Source: an uncultured Craurococcus sp. (GTDB lineage: Bacteria; Pseudomonadota; Alphaproteobacteria; Acetobacterales; Acetobacteraceae). From it: a stretch of DNA of 64,000 nt. Below the pieces are notes generated by a model that had not been told where the DNA came from, did no database searches, and saw nothing but the letters and a program-made list of their open reading frames with translations. The translations under genes and the position numbers were made by a program. The stretch's first letter is position 1, and the number at the start of each line of letters is the position of its first letter. Of this stretch, positions 55,603 through 64,000 are shown in pieces. The stretch spans positions 5,026 through 69,025 of the forward strand of contig CADCTD010000040.1 in assembly GCA_902805545.1 (NCBI GenBank). The letters run 5' to 3'.

Positions 55603-56178
55603 CTAGGACAGGTCGTGCAAGGCGCGGCCGAGCGGCGGCCCGAGCCGGAACTCCGAGAAGCGCACCTCGAGCCCGGCCCGCTCCGGCGTACAGCACATCG
55701 GCCCGACGGTACAGGCATCCACCCGGGGAAAGGGCGCCAGCCGCACCAGCCCCCAGCGCCGCCCATCCGCCGAGGCCTGCAGCCGCAGCACCCCCTCCGC
55801 CACGGTCAGCCGCAGGCGGAGGTCGCCCGGGTCGCCGTGATAGGGCCCCGTCGCCCAGTCCGACTGGCCAATGGTCAGCACGCTGCCCAGCATGGCCTGG
55901 CCGTCGGAAACCTCGATCCCCGCCTTCAGCCATCGCCGCTCGTCGAGCCGCAGCATGATCCCGGCCTGGTCGTAGAGCGCCCGGTACTCGCCCCGCACCC
56001 GCAGCTCGGCGGTGAACTCCCCTGCGGCCGCGAGGCCGAGGAAGTGGCCGCTGTCCCGGGTGAAGCCGTAATGCGTCTCCCGCCAGAAATCCGTCCCGTG
56101 ATCGGTGACGACGCGGAGGCCGTCCGCCCCGAACCTCCATTCGGCCGGCTCGTTCAGCCAGGTGCCGCGCTCCAACAT
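55603..56178 (-). CDS. DUF1349 domain protein
   Basis: 191 aa: MLERGTWLNEPAEWRF...DFWRETHYGF...ALYDQAGIML. Family recognised from memory only. Confidence 0.65.
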   Translation of the reverse strand: MLERGTWLNEPAEWRFGADGLRVVTDHGTDFWRETHYGFTRDSGHFLGLAAAGEFTAELRVRGEYRALYDQAGIMLRLDERRWLKAGIEVSDGQAMLGSVLTIGQSDWATGPYHGDPGDLRLRLTVAEGVLRLQASADGRRWGLVRLAPFPRVDACTVGPMCCTPERAGLEVRFSEFRLGPPLGRALHDLS

Positions 56179-56244
56179 GGGACCTCCCCTTGCCGTCCGT
56201 CCTGGCGCCGGAGGATAGTCGCTTCCTCGCTCAGGATCATCGTG

Positions 56245-57504
56245 ATGGATACGCACCAGCCCGCCTCTCCCCTCACCCATGCCGAGCGCCTCGACCGGCT
56301 GGCGGCGCTGGCGGTGCGCGTCGGCCTCAACCTCGCCCCGGGGCAGGAGCTGGTGATGACCGCCCCGGTCGAGGCCCTGCCGCTCGCCCGCCGCATCACC
56401 GAACAGGCCTACATGGCTGGCGCCTCCCTCGTCACCTGCCTGCTGGGCGACGACCAGATGGCGCTGGCCCGCTACCGCCACGCCCCGGACGAGGCCTTCG
56501 ACGTGGCCCCGGCCTGGCTCTTCGACGGCATGGCGGAAGCCTTCCGCCGCGGCGCCGCCCGCCTGGCGATCGTCGGCGACAACCCCTCCCTCCTCGCCGC
56601 CGAGGACCCGGCCAAGGTCGCCCGCGCCAACCGCGCCCGCTCCGTCGCCTACCGCCCGGCGCTCGAGCTCATCACCGCCACCGCCATCAACTGGACCCTG
56701 GTGGCGAGCGCGACGCCGGCCTGGGCCACGACCGTCTTCCCGAACCTGCCGGAGGAGGCCGCCCTCGCCCGGCTCTGGGATGCGATCTTCGCCGCCTCCC
56801 GCGCCGATGCGGCGGACCCGGCCGCCGCCTGGGCCGAGCACAATGCCAGGCTGATGGCCAAGCGCCGCATGCTGAACGACCGCCGCTACGCCGCGCTGCG
56901 CTTCCGCGGCCCGGGGACGGACCTCAAGGTCGGCCTCGCCGACGGCCATGCCTGGATGGGCGGCCTCTCGACCGCGAAGAACGGCATCACCGGCAACCCC
57001 AACATCCCGACCGAGGAGGTCTTCACCACCCCGCACCGGGCGGTGACGGAGGGCGTGGTCGCCGCCACCAAGCCGCTCTCCTACCAGGGCACGCTGATCC
57101 AGGACATCCGCGTCCGCTTCGAGGCCGGCCGCATCACCGAGGCGCATGCCAGCACCGGCCAGGCCGTGCTCGAGCGGATGATCGGCACGGACGAGGGCGC
57201 CCGCATGCTCGGCGAGGTGGCGCTGGTGCCGAACTCCAACCCCATCTCGCGGAGCGGCCTCCTGTTCTACAACACCCTCTTCGACGAGAATGCCGCGAGC
57301 CACATCGCCCTCGGCCAGGCCTATTCGAAATGCTTCGTCGACCAGAACCTCGGCAAGGCCGCGCTCGAGGCCGCCGGGGCGAATGCGAGCCTGATCCATG
57401 TCGACTGGATGATCGGCTCGGCCGAGACCGATGTGGACGGAATCGACGCCGCCGGCCAGGCCGAGCCGCTGATGCGCGCCGGCGAGTGGGTCAGTCGAGG
57501 CTGA
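56245..57504 (+). CDS. M29 family aminopeptidase (AmpS/PepS-like)
   Basis: NIPTEEVFTTP, GEVALV and FDENAASHIALG motifs. Confidence 0.88.
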   Translation: MDTHQPASPLTHAERLDRLAALAVRVGLNLAPGQELVMTAPVEALPLARRITEQAYMAGASLVTCLLGDDQMALARYRHAPDEAFDVAPAWLFDGMAEAFRRGAARLAIVGDNPSLLAAEDPAKVARANRARSVAYRPALELITATAINWTLVASATPAWATTVFPNLPEEAALARLWDAIFAASRADAADPAAAWAEHNARLMAKRRMLNDRRYAALRFRGPGTDLKVGLADGHAWMGGLSTAKNGITGNPNIPTEEVFTTPHRAVTEGVVAATKPLSYQGTLIQDIRVRFEAGRITEAHASTGQAVLERMIGTDEGARMLGEVALVPNSNPISRSGLLFYNTLFDENAASHIALGQAYSKCFVDQNLGKAALEAAGANASLIHVDWMIGSAETDVDGIDAAGQAEPLMRAGEWVSRG

Positions 57505-58456
57505 GCCCCAGCCCCTTGATCAGCGGCCAGTAGATCGCCCGCTCCGCCGCGATCATCGCCCGCTGCTCCTCCGGCCCGCCGCTGAGCGGGTCGAGCCCGA
57601 TCTCCCGCATCCGCGCCTGCACCGCCGGCTCGGCGACGCTGGCCGCGAGGTCGCGGGAGAGGCGGGCGGCGATGTCGTCCGGCGTCCGCCCCGGCGCCGT
57701 CAGCCCCTGCCAGGCATAGGCCTCGAAGCCCGCGAGCCCATAGGCTTCCCGCGCCGTCGGCAGCGCCGGCAGACCCTCCAGCCGCGCCGCGGACAGCAGC
57801 GCCAGCGGCCGGACCTTGCCGCTGCGGATCACCTCCGCCCCCGCCGCCATGTCGAGCACCGCCGCCTCCACCGTGCCGTTCATCAGGTCGGTCATCGCCG
57901 GCGCCATGCCGCGATAGGGCACGTGGTTGAGCTTGATCCCAAGGTCCCTGGCCAGCCGCTCCATCGCCAGGTGGTGCGGCGAGCCGATTCCCGGCGAGGC
58001 ATAGTCCATCGTCCGGGCCTTCGCCGCCGCGACGAAATCCCCCGGAGTCGCCGCGCCGCCGACAGGCTTGGTGCAGAGCACCAGGTGGAACCGCGCCATC
58101 AGCCCGAGCGGCCGGAGCCCGGTATCCGCATCGAAGGGCAGCCGCCTGTAGAGCGCCGGGTTGAAGACCAGCGTCTCGTTCCCGGCGGTGAAGACGGTCG
58201 TGCCGTCCGGCGCCGCATTGGCCGCGGCCTCCGCCGCGATGTTGGTCGCCGCCCCCGGCCGGTTCTCGATGACGACCGGCACGCCGAGCCGCGCCCCCAT
58301 GCTCTGCCCGACGAGGCGCGCCAGCACATCCGTCCCGCCCCCCGGCGGATAGCCGACCAGCCAGCGCACCGGCCGGTCCGGGAAGGCGGCGAGCGCGGGT
58401 GCCGCCAAGCTGGCGAAGCCTGCAGCCAAGGCAGCGCGGCGGGTGATCTCGGTCAT
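57491..58456 (-). CDS. Bug-family tripartite tricarboxylate transporter substrate-binding protein
   Basis: Tat/Sec-like leader MTEITRRAALAAGFASLAAPALA, FPDRPVRWLVGYPPGGGTD, NRPGAA and HVPYRGMAPA. Last gene of the P450 operon. Confidence 0.9.
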   Translation of the reverse strand: MTEITRRAALAAGFASLAAPALAAFPDRPVRWLVGYPPGGGTDVLARLVGQSMGARLGVPVVIENRPGAATNIAAEAAANAAPDGTTVFTAGNETLVFNPALYRRLPFDADTGLRPLGLMARFHLVLCTKPVGGAATPGDFVAAAKARTMDYASPGIGSPHHLAMERLARDLGIKLNHVPYRGMAPAMTDLMNGTVEAAVLDMAAGAEVIRSGKVRPLALLSAARLEGLPALPTAREAYGLAGFEAYAWQGLTAPGRTPDDIAARLSRDLAASVAEPAVQARMREIGLDPLSGGPEEQRAMIAAERAIYWPLIKGLGLSLD

Positions 58457-58469
58457 GCGTATCCCCATG

Positions 58470-59243
58470 TCAGTTGCGGAACCCCGGCTCGGCCTCGTCC
58501 ATCCAGCGCAGCATGGCGGCGAAGAGCAGGGCGTTCTGCTCGCCATGCCGCGCCGTCGCGTCGAACTGCGCCGCGGCGCGGCGCGCAACCTCCACCGGCG
58601 GCGTGCGGAGCGGCCGCCCGCCGGCCAGCGCCGCCACCTGCACCTCGCAGGCCCGCTGCAGGTGGTAGAGCTCGGCGAAGGCATCGGCGACGCTCGGCCC
58701 GCAGGTCAGCAGCCCGTGGTTCCGGAGGATCATCGCGTTACGGGTCCCGAGGCTCTCCGCCAGCCGCAGGCATTCCTCCCGCTCCAGCGTGATCCCCTCG
58801 AAGTCATGATAGGCCAGCCGGTCGGTATAGAAGACGGCGGGGAAGGAGATCGGCAGCAGCCCCTCCTCCTGGCAGGCGACGGCGAGGCCCGCCGTCGTGT
58901 GGGTGTGCATCACGCAATGCGCGTCGGCGCGCGCCATGTGCACCGAGCGATGCACGATGAACCCGGCCGGATTGACGCCATGGGCCGAGCCGTCCAGCAC
59001 CCGCCCCTCGGTGTCGATCCGCACCAGGTTGGAGGCCGTCACCTCCCGGTACATCAGCCCGAAGGGGTTGATGAGGAACTGGTCCTCGGTCCCCGGCACC
59101 CGCAGCGTGATGTGGTTGTAGATCATCTCGTGCCAGCCGAGCCGGCCGAACAGCCGGTAGCAGGCGGCCAGTTCCACCCGCGCCGCCCATTCGGCGGCGT
59201 CGATGCCGGCGGGCGCGCGGTCGGTCAGGGCGTCGGGGCTCAT
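58470..59243 (-). CDS. class II aldolase/adducin family protein (paralogue of 7438-8226)
   Basis: FLINPFGLMYREVTASNLVRID and VMHTHTTAGLAVA motifs. ATGA overlap with the upstream gene. Confidence 0.85.
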   Translation of the reverse strand: MSPDALTDRAPAGIDAAEWAARVELAACYRLFGRLGWHEMIYNHITLRVPGTEDQFLINPFGLMYREVTASNLVRIDTEGRVLDGSAHGVNPAGFIVHRSVHMARADAHCVMHTHTTAGLAVACQEEGLLPISFPAVFYTDRLAYHDFEGITLEREECLRLAESLGTRNAMILRNHGLLTCGPSVADAFAELYHLQRACEVQVAALAGGRPLRTPPVEVARRAAAQFDATARHGEQNALLFAAMLRWMDEAEPGFRN

Positions 59244-60163
59244 GGTCGTCCTCCCTCGGCATGGGGCTTCAGGCAAGCCCAGGCGGTCGCATGCACCGGC
59301 ACGTCGATCCCGTGCCGCGCCGCGAGCCGGGCCACCTCGCCCGAAAGCCAGGCTACCTCCAGCCGCCGCCCGGCGGCGAGGTCGTGATACATCGAGGCAT
59401 ACATCCCGGGCGGGAAGGAGCGCAGCAGCGCCAGCGCCTCTGCCTCCTCCTCCGCGCCGATGGCAACGCCCTCGGCCCGCGCCACCTGCCCGACCTCGGC
59501 GATGGCCCGCGCCGCCAGCGCCAGCAGCGCCGGGTCCTGGTAGACGATGCCGGCCGGCGCGCGGGCCAGGGCGGTCAGCGCCGCATTGGTGGCGAGCGCG
59601 AGGAATTTCCGCCACAGCGCCCGGCGAATGTCGGGCTCGATCCGCAGCTCCATCCCCGCAGCTGCCATGGCCGCGACCAGCCGCGCCTCGATACCCTCCG
59701 GCAGCGGCGCCGAGACCACCGAGGACATGGCGGAGGTGTAACGGATGCAGCCCGGCCGCTCGATCACCGCCGAGACGAAGGCGAGTCCCGCCACGACCCG
59801 CGCCTCCCCCAGCAGCGCATCGAGCACCGGCGCCGCGCCGCCGATGCCGTTCTGCAAGGTGACGATGGTCGTCCCCCGCGCCGCCACCGGCGCTAGGTCG
59901 GCCGCCGCACCCGCCACGTCATAGGTCTTCACCGCGAGGAAGCAGACCTCCGGCACCCAGGGCAGCTCCGCCGCGCTGGCGAAGGCGAGCGGCCGCTCCA
60001 GCACCGCCTCGCCCCGCGGCCCGTCGAGCCGCAGCCCACCCTCCCGCATCGCCGCCAGCTGCCGCCCCCGCCCGACGAAGGCGACCTCCGCCCCGGCGAG
60101 CGCCAGCCGCGCCCCGATCAGCCCGCCGACCGCGCCGGCCCCCTGCACGAGGACCCGGATCAC
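59240..60163 (-). CDS. 2-dehydropantoate 2-reductase (ApbA/PanE) family NAD(P)H oxidoreductase
   Basis: The GTG start overlaps the P450 stop (GTGA). VLVQGAGAVGGLIGARLA Rossmann motif and a typical C-terminal domain. Confidence 0.8.
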   Translation of the reverse strand: MIRVLVQGAGAVGGLIGARLALAGAEVAFVGRGRQLAAMREGGLRLDGPRGEAVLERPLAFASAAELPWVPEVCFLAVKTYDVAGAAADLAPVAARGTTIVTLQNGIGGAAPVLDALLGEARVVAGLAFVSAVIERPGCIRYTSAMSSVVSAPLPEGIEARLVAAMAAAGMELRIEPDIRRALWRKFLALATNAALTALARAPAGIVYQDPALLALAARAIAEVGQVARAEGVAIGAEEEAEALALLRSFPPGMYASMYHDLAAGRRLEVAWLSGEVARLAARHGIDVPVHATAWACLKPHAEGGRP

Positions 60164-61377
60164 CGCACCCGCACCGGCAGCGCGAGGAAGCCCCGGAACC
60201 TCGCCCGCCCGCCCCGCACCGGCTCCCCCGCCGGCGCGTAGTCCGGGAAGCGCCGCAGGAAGGCATCGATGGCGATCCGCCCTTCCAGCCGCGCCAGGGT
60301 CATGCCCGCGCACATATGCGGCCCGCCGGCGAAGGCGAGGTGCCGGTTCGGCTGCCGCCCCACATCCAGCCGGTCGGGCTCCTCGAACCGCGCCGGGTCC
60401 CGGTTGGCCGCACCGATGCAGAGGGTGAGCAGCGTCCCCGCCGCCACCGCCACGCCGCCGATCTCCGCCTCCGCCACTGCCCGCCGGTTGCCGAGCTGGT
60501 TGGAGCTCTCGTAGCGCAGGAATTCCTCGATGGCCGTCCCGATCAGCGCCGGCTCCGCCAGCAGCCGCGCCCGCTCGGCGGGGAAGCGGATCAGCAGCTC
60601 CAGCCCGTTGCCGATGAGGTTGGTCGTCGTCTCGTGCCCGGCATTGAGCAGGAAGATGCAGTTGTGCAGCAATTCTGGCTCGGTCAGCCGCTCGCCATCC
60701 GCCTCGCCCTCGATCAGCCGCGTCAGCACATCGGTCGAGGCATCCCCCGGCCGCGCCCGCCGCCGCGCGACGAGACCGCGCAGGTAGTCGAGGAACTCGC
60801 CGACCGCCGCATTCCCCCGCGCGGCCGCCTCCGGCGTCACCACCGGCTCCAGCGCGCCGAGGATGGCGAGCGACCAGCCGCGCAGCGGCCCCCGCTCCTC
60901 CACCGGCACGCCGAGCAGGTTGCCGATCACCTCGATCGGGATGGCGGCGGCGAAATCCTCGATCAGGTCCGCCTCCCCCCGCGCCTCGATCGCATCCAGC
61001 AACCGCGCGACCAGCGCCTGCAGCCCCGGCTCCATCGCCGCGATCGCCCGCGGCATCAGCGCCCCCGCGATCAGCCGCCGGACCCGCGTATGCAGCGGCG
61101 GGTCGTTGAAGACGAGGCTCGTCGTATGGTGCTCGTAGAGCGGCGACGCGCCGTATTTCGGCCGGAACTCCTCCCGCTTGTCGGAGGAGAAGGTCTTCGT
61201 ATCCCGGTAGATCCGGTCGAGATCCGCCCAGCGCGTGAGGAACAGCGAGCCGTCCGCCAGCCGCTTCACCGGCTGGTGCTCGCGCAGCGCCCGGTAGACC
61301 GGGAAGGGGTCGGCATAGAAGCCGGCGTCGAGGCGGCGGAGGTCGAAGGCCTCGGCCAGGGCAGGATCCAAGGTCAT
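60160..61377 (-). CDS. cytochrome P450
   Basis: I-helix LLNAGHETT, ExxR (EEFLRY) and heme loop FAGGPHMCAGMTLA. Confidence 0.92.
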   Translation of the reverse strand: MTLDPALAEAFDLRRLDAGFYADPFPVYRALREHQPVKRLADGSLFLTRWADLDRIYRDTKTFSSDKREEFRPKYGASPLYEHHTTSLVFNDPPLHTRVRRLIAGALMPRAIAAMEPGLQALVARLLDAIEARGEADLIEDFAAAIPIEVIGNLLGVPVEERGPLRGWSLAILGALEPVVTPEAAARGNAAVGEFLDYLRGLVARRRARPGDASTDVLTRLIEGEADGERLTEPELLHNCIFLLNAGHETTTNLIGNGLELLIRFPAERARLLAEPALIGTAIEEFLRYESSNQLGNRRAVAEAEIGGVAVAAGTLLTLCIGAANRDPARFEEPDRLDVGRQPNRHLAFAGGPHMCAGMTLARLEGRIAIDAFLRRFPDYAPAGEPVRGGRARFRGFLALPVRVR

Positions 61378-61471
61378 GCCGGAGCTTAGGGCCCGAATCG
61401 CATGCTGCGAAAGCGCTCGACACGGATTCCATGCGCTTTCAAGATTCTAGCGTGCCCGATTCGCGCAATCC

Positions 61472-63367
61472 ATGAGGTCGCTCCGGAGCCACCAGAGCGA
61501 GCTCCTCGCCATCGTCCAGGCCATCGCCGCGGGCGAGGCCGGCGGGCTGCGCGACATCCTCGCCGCGGTCACGCCGGGCGGCGGCAAGTCGCTGCTGCCG
61601 GTCCTCGCCGCGAATGCGCTGATCGGCGCCGGGCTCTGCGAGCGGGTCTGCTGGGTGGTGCCGCGCGACAGCCTCCGCCTCCAGGCCGAGGAGGCCTTCG
61701 CCGACCCCGCCTGGCGCGAGGCCCTCGGCCATGCCCTCTCCGTCCGCGCCGCGGACAACAGCCCGGGCGACCCCTGCCGCGGCCTCGCCGGCTACGTCAC
61801 CACCTACCAGGGCATCGCCGCCGCGCCCGACCTCCACCTCGCCGCCTTCCGCCGGCACCGCTACCTGCTGGTCGTGGACGAGGTCCATCACCTCCCGGCG
61901 CTCGCCGAGGCCGATGCCGCCGGCGGCCGCGACCATGCCGCCGACGCGGCCGCCGCATGGTCCGCGCCGATCGAGCCGCTGCTCTCCCTCGCCGGCGTGC
62001 GCCTGCTCCTTTCCGGCACGCTGGAGCGCGCCGATGGCCGCCGCATCCTCTGGCTGCCCTATCGCCGCGCCGCCGGCGGGAAACAGGAGGTCGACCTCGC
62101 CGCGCCCGGCTGGGCGGTGGTCGGCTACAGCCGCGCACGCGCCTTGGCCGAGCGCGCCGTCCTCCCCGTTTCCTTCGGCGCCCTCGACGGCGAGGCCGCC
62201 TGGCTCGGTCCCGAGCCGGAAGGCGGCGGCGAGCGCCCGCGCCTCGGCCCGCACCGGCTCCGCGCCCCCGCCCCGCATGAGGCGACGCGCCCCGCCCTCT
62301 TCACCGCGCTCCGCACCGGCTTCGCCGAGGGGCTGCTCCGCCGCGCCTTCCTGGCGACGCGCAGCCTCCGCGCCGAGCGCCGCCGCGCCCTCGGCGCCGC
62401 GCCGGAGGAGACGCCGCGCGGCCTCGGCAAGCTGCTGGTCGTCGCCCCGGACCAGCGGGAGGCGCGGCGCTACCTCGACCTGCTGCGCCACTGGGTGCCG
62501 CCGGGCCAGACCGGCAGCATGGCGCTGGCCGTCTCCGACGAGCCCGGTGCGCAGGAGACGCTCGCCTCCTTCCGCCTGACCGCCGAGCCCTCGATCCTCG
62601 TCACCGTCGCCATGGCCTATGAGGGGCTGGATGCGCCGGAGGTCGCCGTGGTCGCGGCGCTGACCCATATCCGCTCCCGCCCCTGGCTGGAGCAGATGGT
62701 CGCCCGCGCCACCCGCGTCGATCCGCGCGCCGGCCCCTACGAGTCCCAGCGCGCCCTGGTCTTCCACCCGGACGACCCGCTCTTCGCCCGCTTCCGCTGG
62801 CGGATGGAGCGCGAGCAGGGTACCCGCGCCAAGCCCGACCGCCGCCCGCCCCGCCAGCCGGCGCTGGCCCTGCCCGACTGGCTCGAGGAGGAGCTGGCCG
62901 AGGCCCGCGAGCGCCAGGGCATCATCCCGCTCGAGAGCAACGCGCTCACCCTTCGCCTGAGCACGCTGCGCCCCGGCCCCGACCTCGCCGCCGGCCTCGC
63001 CGCCGCCCGCGCGCCGGAGGATCAGCAGGCCGACCTGCTCACCCCGTCGCGGGCCGAGCGCCAGCTCCGCCACCAGCTCGGCGACCTGGTCGCGGCCCAG
63101 GCGGTGGAGGATTCGGCGGAGGGCCTCTCCGGCGCCATCCCGCGCGGCGCCAGCCTCTACCACGCCTACAACGCCGCGCTGAAGCGCGTGCTCGGCAAGG
63201 GCCGCGGCGAGATGTCGGTGGAGGAGCTGGAGGCGGCGCTCGGCTGGCTCGGCCGCAACCGGCTGCGCGAGCACCTGCACCTGCTGGAGGGCGACCACCG
63301 CTTCGGCTGGGCCGCCCGCCAGCGCCGCGACTGGCGCCCGCCCGTGGGCCGGCGCGCCAGGGCGTGA
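61472..63367 (+). CDS. SF2 DEAD/DEAH-box (DEVH) helicase family protein with uncharacterised C-terminal extension
   Basis: Motif I TPGGGKS, motif II VVDEVHH, motif III LSGTLER and motif VI-like QMVARATR. The last 170 aa or so match no family I recognise. Confidence 0.8.
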   Translation: MRSLRSHQSELLAIVQAIAAGEAGGLRDILAAVTPGGGKSLLPVLAANALIGAGLCERVCWVVPRDSLRLQAEEAFADPAWREALGHALSVRAADNSPGDPCRGLAGYVTTYQGIAAAPDLHLAAFRRHRYLLVVDEVHHLPALAEADAAGGRDHAADAAAAWSAPIEPLLSLAGVRLLLSGTLERADGRRILWLPYRRAAGGKQEVDLAAPGWAVVGYSRARALAERAVLPVSFGALDGEAAWLGPEPEGGGERPRLGPHRLRAPAPHEATRPALFTALRTGFAEGLLRRAFLATRSLRAERRRALGAAPEETPRGLGKLLVVAPDQREARRYLDLLRHWVPPGQTGSMALAVSDEPGAQETLASFRLTAEPSILVTVAMAYEGLDAPEVAVVAALTHIRSRPWLEQMVARATRVDPRAGPYESQRALVFHPDDPLFARFRWRMEREQGTRAKPDRRPPRQPALALPDWLEEELAEARERQGIIPLESNALTLRLSTLRPGPDLAAGLAAARAPEDQQADLLTPSRAERQLRHQLGDLVAAQAVEDSAEGLSGAIPRGASLYHAYNAALKRVLGKGRGEMSVEELEAALGWLGRNRLREHLHLLEGDHRFGWAARQRRDWRPPVGRRARA

Positions 63368-63457
63368 TCCGATGACCGCCGGCCACGCCCCGCCTCCCGT
63401 CCGGTCGCAGGCGTCACGCCGGCCGCCATTCCAGCCCTCGATGATCATGCGCCGGCC

Positions 63458-63985
63458 ATGACCACCTTCTTCACCGCCGACACGCATTTCGGCCATGGCG
63501 GCGCCCGCGCCCTCTACCGCCGCCCCTTCGCCTCCACCGCCGAGATGGACGCGGCGATGATCGAGCGCTGGAACGCGACCATCGGCCCCGAGGACGAGGT
63601 CTGGCATCTCGGCGACGTCGCCATCGGCCCGAAGCCCGCGGCGCTGGCCGCCCTCCTCGCCCGCCTGCATGGCCGCAAGCATCTCGTCACCGGCAACAAC
63701 GACGGCCCCGCGACCCTCGCCTGGCCCGGCTGGGCCAGCGTCCAGCCCTATGCCGAGCTGGCGCTCGACGGCCACAACCTCGTCCTCTGCCACTACGCCT
63801 TCCGCACCTGGCGCAACATGCATCGCGGCTGGATCAACCTGCACGGCCACAGCCATGGCCGCCTCAAGCCCCTGCCGCGCCAGGCCGATGCCGGCGTCGA
63901 TGCCTGGGACTTCCGCCCCGTCACCCTCGCCGAGGTCGTTGCCCGCCGCACGGGACAATTGAGACAAACACCGAAGCTTTTGTGA
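63458..63985 (+). CDS. metallophosphoesterase family protein (COG4186-like)
   Basis: FFTADTHFGH, HLGDV, GNND and HGHSHG motifs. 175 aa. Begins 90 nt after the helicase. Confidence 0.8.
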   Translation: MTTFFTADTHFGHGGARALYRRPFASTAEMDAAMIERWNATIGPEDEVWHLGDVAIGPKPAALAALLARLHGRKHLVTGNNDGPATLAWPGWASVQPYAELALDGHNLVLCHYAFRTWRNMHRGWINLHGHSHGRLKPLPRQADAGVDAWDFRPVTLAEVVARRTGQLRQTPKLL

Positions 63986-64000
63986 CCGGGCTCACATCGG

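Noticed and set aside
1-64000. Search for CRISPR arrays, rRNA genes, IS elements, integrons and prophage structural genes
   Set aside because: I noticed no regularly spaced direct repeats, no rRNA-like conserved stretches and no transposase, integrase, capsid or terminase-like translations. The only tandem repeats are short in-frame coding repeats and the 14-nt prfC duplication.

Overview
This is a very GC-rich chromosomal segment (roughly 70% by eye). Several traits suggest an alphaproteobacterium, possibly Acetobacteraceae or Rhodospirillales: an alpha-type RpoH, purA-hisZ adjacency, a HisKA_2-type kinase, two Bug/TTT solute-binding proteins and GAAC-N7-GAAC boxes. That taxonomic guess is low confidence.

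I support about 61 protein genes and one tRNA-Glu(CUC). I found no rRNA, CRISPR array, transposase or integrase. All product names come from motif and family recognition in the supplied translations, because no database search was possible. Start codons were chosen by frame arithmetic, RBS and gene-overlap logic, and some are uncertain.

Layout:
- 1-12 kb: mixed housekeeping and accessory genes. These include an aldo/keto reductase, a flavoprotein, an Atm1-type ABC exporter, a NUDIX hydrolase and a Pro/Tyr-repeat secreted protein. A VOC-like/class II aldolase/epoxide hydrolase operon lies divergent from an MBL/FAD-monooxygenase/Coq7 operon.
- 12.6-21.4 kb: a coenzyme F420 island with two LLM oxidoreductases, fused fbiC, a Bug binding protein, and an Fgd-like-cofE-cofD-cofC operon.
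- 21.5-29.2 kb: prfC, an orphan class-3 lipase, purA-hisZ, and three tandem VOC genes with an HxlR regulator.
- 29.2-39.9 kb: a DNA-damage island. It holds a PA0069-type radical SAM gene, ATP-dependent ligase, exonuclease, PAS histidine kinase, ligase-associated DEXH helicase, PdeM, photolyase and a PPP phosphatase. Alphaproteobacterial-type SOS boxes sit in front of the radical SAM gene and at the helicase start.
- 40-43 kb: a VOC gene, rpoH with a clean terminator, rluD-like, two small genes and tRNA-Glu.
- 43-52 kb: an RND pump with a TetR and palindromic operator, a secreted hydrolase, and a TetR-MFS pair.
- 51.8-55.4 kb: pqiABC.
- 55.6-61.4 kb: DUF1349, an M29 aminopeptidase, and a tightly coupled P450/ketopantoate-reductase-like/class II aldolase/Bug operon.
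- 61.5-64 kb: an SF2 helicase plus metallophosphoesterase pair, cut by the window edge.

The most interesting candidates are the extended, apparently LexA-linked repair island and the proteobacterial F420 island. Many very long ORFs in the track are antisense shadow frames and were rejected.
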